Of a stretch of 64,000 nucleotides of DNA, positions 35,353 through 42,673 are shown piece by piece; positions within the stretch are counted from its first letter, which is position 1, and each line of letters begins with the position of its first letter. This DNA comes from Ruminococcus sp. (GTDB taxonomy: Bacteria; Bacillota; Clostridia; Oscillospirales; Ruminococcaceae), in NCBI RefSeq assembly GCF_017549005.1, contig NZ_JAFYYT010000029.1, positions 266 to 64,265 on the forward strand, in the 5' to 3' direction. The translations under genes were made by a program, and so were the position numbers. The notes under the pieces were generated by a model. That model searched no databases. It was given only the letters and a program-made list of their open reading frames with translations, and was not told the origin of the DNA.

Positions 35353-37185
35353 TTATTGTGCGCTATTTTCAAGAAGAGCCTTTTTCATCGCTGTCAGGTC
35401 AAATACGTCGAGCTTGTTATCCGCGCAGAGGTCTGCGGATCTCCAGTTTACAAGCTTCGCGCCGTCAGCTCCGAGGAGCCACCTTTGCAGGGCTACGATG
35501 TCGCAGATGTCGAAGATAGCGTCACCGTTCACATCGCCTCTGAACGCTGCATAAGACGTTGCGCCCATTCCCTCAAAATGAATGCCCTCACAGCATGATC
35601 TGAGCTGCACGTAATTAAGCATTGCGGTATAAAGCGTGACCGCCGTTTCCCTGTCGTCGGCATAAGGCTTTATGACACAATTGCAGTACTTTCTGTATAT
35701 TGGACCTGTCTCCTCATTTCCTGTAAGGCAGGTCATTGAAACAGACGGTTGTATATCAAAAAGCTCGGGAGAAAGCTCGAGTGCAGAGTATATCTTGCCG
35801 ATATCCCATATAACGTCGCCGTCTTCGATAAGCTCATGCATATCATCTGCACTGTAGACCTCTGTCACAAGCTCTTCTCCGTTTCCGGCGGTCATAAACG
35901 GCTTCGGGTCGAGCTGTACCTGATAGAAGCCGTTGCTGAGAACGGTCTCGGGCTTATAAATGTGATATCCCTTTTCCCATGTCATGCCCTTTGCTTCGTA
36001 AAGCGCCTCTATTTCAGCCGTTGTCATACTGCGGATATCCTCGAAAGTATAGTCCTTATCGGCATTTATTACAGATGTATCTGTCTCTGACAGCTGATCA
36101 TCCTTTACGCTGTCAACGGAATAGACCTTTTTCATATACACCGTGATCTCATTCTGTTCCGGGGAGGTAAAGCAGAATGGGGTCTGCGACTTTTCTTCAT
36201 CAATTACATAACAATAGTTCCTGTTTTCAACATATGAAAACGCCCAATGATATACGATACTTATATAATTATTCAATATAACGTCCTCAATGACAAATGG
36301 ATTGTTTTCGTTTACATTCCATTCATCAAGAGAGACACATCCGCCGAAAAACGGGTCTGAAGGCATGATCATTGAAGAAGAATAGGCGTTGAATACAACA
36401 TCCTTGCCTTTGGGATCGCTGAAAAGCTCATTTGTCTCCTCGTCGATAACTGTGACTTTGATATCTCCGTATTCGACCTTATCCTCTCTCGGGAGCTTAT
36501 GTACATATACCGTTATATCGTTAACTTTCTCCTTGACCTGCCATAAAAATGCACTGGAATCTTTGGCATAGTCTATTGCATAATAATAATCGTCGTCCCT
36601 CATGTAGTATGTGTCGTTCACAATACTACCTGCAGTGTTTAACGGTACATTTTTCAATGTAAGCGGATTGCAGAGAGCAGCATCCCAATTAACGCGGAGG
36701 TCGGAAATACTGAACAGACTGTGCTCTGTGAAAAGCTCATTCGTATCTTCATCAATGACAGTGATGTTGACTGTCCCACAGTTGTCGTTCTGCTTTATTG
36801 GCTCTTTCTTCATGTATATTGTAATATTATATGTTTCTTCGCTTTTGTCGTAAAAGAACTGCGAATTTGTCGTCTTGTAATCTATACTGTACTTATATCC
36901 GTCATACTCCCTCGCTGCACAGTCTGAAACGACAACATAGCTTGCTTCCTTTAAAACGTTCTTTACGGTAAAGGGATTGCTCTCCAAGGTGTTCCAGCTC
37001 TCGTCACATGGAAGTATACTGAAACAGCAGTCCAGGTCAAAAAGCTCGTCCGTCTCCTCATCGATAACGGTAACTATCATGTCTCCGTACTCTCGTTGTA
37101 TCCTCTTTGCCTCCGCACTTGGAACGCACATCATCGACAAAGCAAATACCGATGACATAATAAACGCCAGTATTCTTTTCCTCAT
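35353..37185 (-). CDS. Dockerin protein with three tandem ~100-aa repeats and a module shared with the serpin protein
   Basis: Signal peptide. The repeats begin YGDMIVTVIDEETDELF, CGTVNITVIDEDTNELF and YGDIKVTVIDEETNELF, and each ends ...ITIYMKKEP / ITVYVHKLP / ITVYMKKVY. The module '...YTFEDIRSMTTAEIEALYE...LYTAMLNYVQLRSCC' is homologous to serpin-protein residues '...YTFDEFSKLSADEVKALLD...LLAAAMNYVQLNKHFC'. C-terminal dockerin: GDVNGDAIFDICDIVALQRWLLG...DNKLDVFDLTAMKKALL. Confidence 0.8.
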   Translation of the reverse strand: MRKRILAFIMSSVFALSMMCVPSAEAKRIQREYGDMIVTVIDEETDELFDLDCCFSILPCDESWNTLESNPFTVKNVLKEASYVVVSDCAAREYDGYKYSIDYKTTNSQFFYDKSEETYNITIYMKKEPIKQNDNCGTVNITVIDEDTNELFTEHSLFSISDLRVNWDAALCNPLTLKNVPLNTAGSIVNDTYYMRDDDYYYAIDYAKDSSAFLWQVKEKVNDITVYVHKLPREDKVEYGDIKVTVIDEETNELFSDPKGKDVVFNAYSSSMIMPSDPFFGGCVSLDEWNVNENNPFVIEDVILNNYISIVYHWAFSYVENRNYCYVIDEEKSQTPFCFTSPEQNEITVYMKKVYSVDSVKDDQLSETDTSVINADKDYTFEDIRSMTTAEIEALYEAKGMTWEKGYHIYKPETVLSNGFYQVQLDPKPFMTAGNGEELVTEVYSADDMHELIEDGDVIWDIGKIYSALELSPELFDIQPSVSMTCLTGNEETGPIYRKYCNCVIKPYADDRETAVTLYTAMLNYVQLRSCCEGIHFEGMGATSYAAFRGDVNGDAIFDICDIVALQRWLLGADGAKLVNWRSADLCADNKLDVFDLTAMKKALLENSAQ

Positions 37186-37271
37186 AAAAACACTCCTTTT
37201 TATTGATTTCCCGTTCCCTTTCTGTATTTATCTCATTTATCTGCTTTCAGCTCAGGTTTTACACCCTGCAT

Positions 37272-37307
37272 ATATTAGACGTATGCAAGTCGGAAAAACA
37301 CTAAGCT
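37272..37307 (-). promoter_or_regulatory. Second copy of the conserved bipartite motif, upstream of 35353..37185
   Basis: Minus strand reads AGCTTAGTGTTTTTCCG-ACTTGCAT-ACGTCTAATAT, about 87 nt upstream of the start codon at 37185. Confidence 0.55.
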
Positions 37308-37441
37308 TTTCTGGTGTTAAACAATAAAAATATCACGCATGCCGTATGTCACTTTAAATATAGCAATATTTCGAGAAATTGTCAATATCAATGAATAATT
37401 TTCTTTTTTTGACATATATTATACCGAAAGGGTGATGATTT

Positions 37442-37909
37442 ATGAAGATCAAATGGACCGACCTTATCATATGGGTAGTTGCAACCGAACTGGTGGGAGC
37501 TCTGTCGGCTCTTATCTCGGGTGGGAACTTCTCGGAGTTCTACAGCTCCCTTGAACAGCCGCCGTTTGCTCCGCCCGGGTGGCTTTTTCCCGTGATGTGG
37601 AGCATTCTCTACGCGCTCATGGGAGTTTCGGCTTATCTTATATGGGAGAGCGGCAATACGCGCAGAAAAGGAGCGATCATACTGTACGGAGCGCAGCTTT
37701 TTGCGAATTTCCTGTGGACTCCCGTATTTTTCGGATTGAAGTCCCTGAAAGGTGCGACAGTTGTGGTTGTCATCATGCTGATACTCATAACCGCCATGAT
37801 AATATCGTTCCTGAGGATAAACAAGACTGCCGCATATCTCAACCTTCCATATCTGTTTTGGACTGCCTTCGCCACTTACCTCACAATTGGCGTGACAGTG
37901 CTGCAATAA
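37442..37909 (+). CDS. tspO: TspO/MBR family tryptophan-rich sensory protein
   Basis: 155 aa with five hydrophobic segments. Motifs: 'LEQPPFAPPGWLFPVMWSILYALMGVSAYLIW', 'QLFANFLWTPVFFGLKS' and 'NLPYLFWTAFATYL'. Confidence 0.9.
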   Translation: MKIKWTDLIIWVVATELVGALSALISGGNFSEFYSSLEQPPFAPPGWLFPVMWSILYALMGVSAYLIWESGNTRRKGAIILYGAQLFANFLWTPVFFGLKSLKGATVVVVIMLILITAMIISFLRINKTAAYLNLPYLFWTAFATYLTIGVTVLQ

Positions 37910-38047
37910 CAAAAAAACTGCCAATACTGTGATACTCATACAGGAGCTTTGTACTTTCTATTCAGGGAAAACCTTTTGGAAAAGATTTTCCACGATATAA
38001 AGCATCAGTTCCTATATATGCATCACAGTATCGGCATTTTTGCTGTT

Positions 38048-39169
38048 TTAAACTTTTTCTTCGCTTATAAGCTTATCGCTGTCCCATTTCTGGCGCTTTT
38101 TGCTGCCGTCGGTGCAGGTGAGTATCCCCTCGCCGCAGCGCAGGTCGTTCTGCCACTCGCCCTCAAAGACGTTGCCGTTTTTGAAATAATACACTCCATG
38201 TCCCTGCTTGAGACTGTTGGAATACTCTCCCTCGAATCTGTCACCGTTTTTGTAATAGAACACGCCGTGACCATTTTTGAGGTTGTCCTTCCACTCGCCG
38301 TTGTATTTGTTTCCGTTCTGTGAGGAGAATACTCCCCTGCCGCTTCTGACGTCGTTTTCAAAGCCGCCCTCGTACAGATCGCCGTTTGCCCATGTAAAGA
38401 CTCCCTGTCCGTGCTTGACGCCCTCCTTGAAACCGCCTTCGTATTTATTGCCGTTGGTGTAGGAGAATACTCCCTTGCCGTGCATTTTTCCCGTAAAACC
38501 TACTTCCCCCTCATAGGTGCCGTTCTCAAACCTAAGCACCCTTTTAGCGTCGGGTGAGGGCTTTGGAGTTCCGCTCACAAGCTTCTCGCTCACCATTTTT
38601 CCGTTCTTGTATATGCGCTTGTATACGCAGTCGTCACGGTCTGACAGGGTAGCCTCTCCCTCGAGAAGTCCGTCTATCCACTCTCCCTCGATAACGCTGC
38701 CGTTTTCGCAAGTATACACGCCTTTCCCGTGATATCTGCCCCTGTTCCATGTACCCTTGAACTTTACTCTGCCGTTTTCGTAGTATTCCGTACCTGCGCC
38801 GCTTTTCCAGCCGTCTTTCCACTCGCCGTCGTATAATGTCTTTCCTGTCTGGCTGAACTCCTGTCCTTTTCCGTGAAATCTGTCGTCCTTGAAGTCGCCT
38901 GCATACGTAAGGGACTTGCTTGTATCGTCGCCGCCCTGCAGCATATCATAGTAGCCCTTAGCGTATTTTTTTCCAAAGCCGCAAAGCTTTCCATTCTGCC
39001 ATTCGCCGTCATATTCGATCTCAAGACTGTTTATGAAAACTCCGTGACCGTGGGGTTTCCTGGACGAGTCAACGTGCCCCGAATAAAAACCAGTACCCAG
39101 CGTTTTGCTCTCAAAATGAATATTGTTCGCGATCCCTTTGCTGACCTTTAAGAAATCCATCATGCTCAT
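38048..39169 (-). CDS. MORN-repeat protein
   Basis: More than 10 tandem repeats of the form Y.GE[WF].[ND]G...G.G (e.g. YDGEWQNGKLCGFG, YDGEWKDGWKSGAG, YEGGFKEGVKHGQG, YNGEWKDNLKNGHG). No signal peptide. Confidence 0.85.
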   Translation of the reverse strand: MSMMDFLKVSKGIANNIHFESKTLGTGFYSGHVDSSRKPHGHGVFINSLEIEYDGEWQNGKLCGFGKKYAKGYYDMLQGGDDTSKSLTYAGDFKDDRFHGKGQEFSQTGKTLYDGEWKDGWKSGAGTEYYENGRVKFKGTWNRGRYHGKGVYTCENGSVIEGEWIDGLLEGEATLSDRDDCVYKRIYKNGKMVSEKLVSGTPKPSPDAKRVLRFENGTYEGEVGFTGKMHGKGVFSYTNGNKYEGGFKEGVKHGQGVFTWANGDLYEGGFENDVRSGRGVFSSQNGNKYNGEWKDNLKNGHGVFYYKNGDRFEGEYSNSLKQGHGVYYFKNGNVFEGEWQNDLRCGEGILTCTDGSKKRQKWDSDKLISEEKV

Positions 39170-39268
39170 AAATATTTCTCCTTATCGTAGCTTTAAGGTT
39201 TAAGTGGAGAATCTGACGAGATAAATTATCAAAAACATTATGCAATTAATACATATTTCATCTGTTAT

Positions 39269-39297
39269 ATTGTACCATATTAATTCAACAAAGTCAA
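39269..39297 (-). promoter_or_regulatory. Sigma-A-type promoter of the MORN gene
   Basis: Minus strand reads TTGACT (39297-39292), a 17-nt spacer, then TGgTACAAT (TACAAT at 39274-39269). Confidence 0.5.
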
Positions 39298-39391
39298 TAA
39301 TCCATTTATGCATTCAGGTGTAATTCCGCTTTGTCAGTCCGAGTTTTCGCGGAAAAAACTTTTACAGCTGATATATATTTTACAGTTTTGA

Positions 39392-39421
39392 CAAAAATGA
39401 CCCCCGAACAAATCGAGGGTC
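39392..39421 (-). terminator. Intrinsic terminator after 39448..40899
   Basis: Minus strand reads GACCCTCGA-tttgt-TCGGGGGTC followed by ATTTTTGT. Confidence 0.55.
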
Positions 39422-39447
39422 TCAGCGTAAAATCATTATTCACTTAT

Positions 39448-40899
39448 TTAATGGCATTCAATTACAACGACCGCAGGCTGTGTTGCAACAGGTTCACCGT
39501 CAGTCGTTACAGGTGAAGTTTTCGTGTCATAGCTTGATATATTATCAAGCGACAACGCCTTGAGTTCAGCCTCAGTTACATTAATTACAAGTTCATCTGC
39601 CGCCTCATCATACTCATAGCTGATGTTCTGCTCCTTCAGCTTCTGAACGGAGATCTGCTTCATATCATGATAGTACGCTTTTATCGCTTCTGACAGGTTC
39701 TCCTGCGGAGCATAATCGAACTTTGCGATATCTTCTTCAACTTTTTTACGAAGGAACTTACCGTCCACGATATACTTTGCAAGGAAATCCCCGCCGTAAA
39801 ACGCAACTCTCTCCTCATACAGCGACTTAGCCCATATCTCGCCGTTTCCGTCGCCTGTTGTGTAAAGAGCTTCACCGTATTTCAGCTTCTCGCCCTCCTT
39901 GTCCAGCTGTATAAGCTTGTCAAAGAGGTGAGAGTTCTCGTCTCTCTCGTCTGCATATTTCTGTATGGTCATGCCCTTGTATTCATAATCGTAATCAAGC
40001 TTAAAGCCAGGAACAACACTGAAAACCGTATTCGGATCAGTATTATTCTTCAAAAGCTCGTACAGCTCATAGGTCACAGCGACTCCGTCCACACTTGATA
40101 ACCCAGCCACCTGAGACTGCAATTCCTGACGGAGTTTCTCCTCATCAAAGGGAACATACTTCTTATTCCAGTTGACTGTCTGTCCCTTGTATTCGGACTT
40201 TGGAACAGCTATCTGCGCGAAGCATACCGAGAACATATCGTCCTCTCCGTGTTTTCTTACATAGTCCTCTATGCAGATATCTATCGTACTGTCAGAAAAA
40301 GTGATATCTCCTATTCCGTAAAGCGGTCTGTCTGAGCCTGCTCCTTGCGGAATGGTATTGAGAAGAAGAATGTTTTCGCCGAAATAGCTTTCATCATATT
40401 TGGAAAGATATTTTGATACAATGTGCTCATAGTACAGCGGTTCGAGGTATGCTTTAAGCTCGGCGGTATTTGTAACTACGGCTTTTAATATCTCAGCATT
40501 CCATGTTACATTCCTATAATCATCAGACGCAGGATACCATACAAGCTCTTTGCCGTACTTGGCATCAACGGTCTCTTTTATGCCGAGGAGCTTTTTCTGT
40601 ATAGCCTGCGCGTCGCCAACGGTAAGTCCGTCGCCGTCCGTGTCGGCATTTGCCCTGCCCTGAGCTGTAAGATGAAGCTGCTCTGTGCCGTTTTCACCGA
40701 ATCTGTTCGGGCTTGCAAGAGCCTGCATTATAAGCACTGCATCCGCCATATTTACCGTTCCGTCGCAGTTTGCGTCGCCTTTAACTGTTGAAGCAGCCGT
40801 GGCTGAAACATCATTTGCCATAGCTGCACCCGGAATACAAGCAGCTCCCATACAGCAAGTTACAGCCGTTAGCATTGCGATAAACCTCTTGTTTTTCAT
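39448..40899 (-). CDS. N-terminal dockerin protein with uncharacterised ~370-aa C-terminal region
   Basis: Signal peptide; dockerin GDANCDGTVNMADAVLIMQALASPNRFG...GDGLTVGDAQAIQKKLLG. I do not recognise any domain in the remainder. AAGGAG RBS. Third gene of sigma cassette 2. Confidence 0.8.
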   Translation of the reverse strand: MKNKRFIAMLTAVTCCMGAACIPGAAMANDVSATAASTVKGDANCDGTVNMADAVLIMQALASPNRFGENGTEQLHLTAQGRANADTDGDGLTVGDAQAIQKKLLGIKETVDAKYGKELVWYPASDDYRNVTWNAEILKAVVTNTAELKAYLEPLYYEHIVSKYLSKYDESYFGENILLLNTIPQGAGSDRPLYGIGDITFSDSTIDICIEDYVRKHGEDDMFSVCFAQIAVPKSEYKGQTVNWNKKYVPFDEEKLRQELQSQVAGLSSVDGVAVTYELYELLKNNTDPNTVFSVVPGFKLDYDYEYKGMTIQKYADERDENSHLFDKLIQLDKEGEKLKYGEALYTTGDGNGEIWAKSLYEERVAFYGGDFLAKYIVDGKFLRKKVEEDIAKFDYAPQENLSEAIKAYYHDMKQISVQKLKEQNISYEYDEAADELVINVTEAELKALSLDNISSYDTKTSPVTTDGEPVATQPAVVVIECH

Positions 40900-40911
40900 A
40901 AGATCACTCCT

Positions 40912-41730
40912 TTACTTTTTTGATTCTTTAAAAGGCAGTTTCCTTGTAAACGGTATCTGTTCTCCTTTTTTTATTGCGACAACTATATCATCGGATTCAA
41001 GTATTGTATAGAACTTTACTGTCGGATTGTCATGGAAAATGCCTTCAAAATCTGTACCATAACCGAGAAATTCATCAAGAGTATATTCATTTTTCCCGTC
41101 ATCCCCACTGTCATCAGTTCCAATATAGTAGTAAGTAACTCCGTCAATGTAAACTTTTGAGAAAACCCCACCCATGTTATTACCGCCTGAAGTAGTTATC
41201 ACAGAAGTTGTAATATGTGCATCATCATGTGTAGTTAAAGTTGTATTGGCACTGCTTTGAGTTGTCATTGTAACGTTCACTGATGTTTCAATAACAGAAG
41301 TCTGCTGAGTGGGCGGTTCTGTCACGGGAGCAGCAGTGGTTTCGGTCGTATTTGCCTCTGTTGTTTCGGTATTTGTGCTTGTTTTCACAGCGGAAGTCGT
41401 TTCTTTTTCCGTCTTAGATGTCCCAGTCACGGTAGTTTTTGCGGTCTTTGTGGCTGAGACAGTGGTTTTAGAGGAAGTCCTTACCGTCGGCACCTGCGAA
41501 GTCGATTCAGCAGCAGTTGTCGGAACTTCTATAATAATATCAGGTGACGATGGTATAGACGGGATATTCCTCGAGTAGTTCCAGTACCCCAGTCCCAGCC
41601 CTACAGTCAGGCACAGACAGGCAATAACAGGAACAGTATGCATGATTATACGCTTCTGCCGTTCTTTTTTCTTTATGTGTTCGGTTCGTCTGGAAAGGAC
41701 ACTCTGATACATTTCAAAATCATTCTTCAT
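40912..41730 (-). CDS. Single-pass membrane protein with Thr/Ser-rich linker; putative anti-sigma/sensor partner (paralogue 2)
   Basis: Start 'MKNDFEMYQSV' at 41730, analogous to MKTYEEMAKYV in paralogue 1, overlapping the sigma gene end by 11 nt. Basic stretch KKKERQKR, TM segment VPVIACLCLTVGLGLGYW, T/S-rich linker and a small C-terminal domain. Confidence 0.6.
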   Translation of the reverse strand: MKNDFEMYQSVLSRRTEHIKKKERQKRIIMHTVPVIACLCLTVGLGLGYWNYSRNIPSIPSSPDIIIEVPTTAAESTSQVPTVRTSSKTTVSATKTAKTTVTGTSKTEKETTSAVKTSTNTETTEANTTETTAAPVTEPPTQQTSVIETSVNVTMTTQSSANTTLTTHDDAHITTSVITTSGGNNMGGVFSKVYIDGVTYYYIGTDDSGDDGKNEYTLDEFLGYGTDFEGIFHDNPTVKFYTILESDDIVVAIKKGEQIPFTRKLPFKESKK

Positions 41731-42271
41731 ATTCAAAGCCGCCCCTTTCCAGTTCAGTTTTCAGAGCCTTTCTGGCGTTGTACAGCAAGGTCTCAATCTG
41801 CCTTTTCGATTTTTTCATGATAATAGCAGTTTCCTCGTTGCTGAATCCCTCAAAATATGACAGATACAATACCTGTCGGTATTCTGTTTTCAGGCTGTGC
41901 AAAGCCTTATGAACAGCTCTCTTTTGTTCGCTTTTTATGTAATTGCCTTCGATGCTTTTCTCGTCGGCAAGATTTTCCTGCGATTCCAGCGGAACGATGA
42001 TGAATTTGGCGCGTTTTCGCAGATGTTTTGCGGTAATATTGCGCCCAATGGCGTAAAGCCACGTCTTAAAGGAGCTTTTTTCCGAAAACTTCGGACAGCG
42101 TATGGCGAGCTCCGCAAATGTGTCCTCGGTCATCTCCTCAGCTGTGCGGATATTCTGCACGAAGCTGTTGATGTACAGTATCAGACCCTGTCGGTATTCG
42201 CGGATTATCTCGTGGAGCCCTTCATCATCACCTGCAAGGAAACGGCGGTAGCTACTTGCACCGTTATCCAT
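41720..42271 (-). CDS. ECF-type sigma-70 family RNA polymerase sigma factor (paralogue 2)
   Basis: 183 aa, collinear with 34585..35139. Compare MDNGASSYRRFLAGDDEG... with MDNGESSYRRFLAGDDSG..., 'SSFKTWLYAIGRNI' and 'YRQVLYLSYFEGFSNEETAIIMKKSKRQIETLLYNARKAL'. Confidence 0.9.
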   Translation of the reverse strand: MDNGASSYRRFLAGDDEGLHEIIREYRQGLILYINSFVQNIRTAEEMTEDTFAELAIRCPKFSEKSSFKTWLYAIGRNITAKHLRKRAKFIIVPLESQENLADEKSIEGNYIKSEQKRAVHKALHSLKTEYRQVLYLSYFEGFSNEETAIIMKKSKRQIETLLYNARKALKTELERGGFEYEE

Positions 42272-42532
42272 GGGGAGATTCCTCCTCTCAGGGGTATTGA
42301 TTTATCCCTTTCATTTATTAGTACCTTTTTTTCGTCAGAACTCAAAGTTTTTTCAAATATTATTTATTTTTAACTATTATATCACAGTCAAATTCACATT
42401 GCAATGTATTTTGTGTTAATAATAGCTCTAAATAGCCAGTTCGCTGATAAAGCACTTAAATATACAGAACCTGCACATAATATATAATGTATACCACCGC
42501 CGTTAAGCAGAGCAGCTATTTTGGTTTTTCCA

Positions 42533-42561
42533 TTGACTTTAGACGAAAATTGTGATAATAT
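42533..42561 (+). promoter_or_regulatory. Sigma-A-type promoter of the LRR/dockerin/beta-helix gene
   Basis: TTGACT (42533-42538), a 17-nt spacer, then TGaTAATAT (TAATAT at 42556-42561). Confidence 0.45.
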
Positions 42562-42673
42562 AAGAACAATGTCTTAATAAGTTTTCAATAATAAAAATTA
42601 TTTAAGTAAATAGACGGAAAAGCAGGTTTTTTTCATTGAAAAAATTTAAGGACATGAAAAGAGGTATAAGTAT

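Noticed and set aside
37388-37939. 183-aa minus-strand ORF and other frames overlapping tspO
   Set aside because: The plus-strand frame gives a textbook TspO/MBR protein with a good RBS. The antisense frame has no recognisable features.
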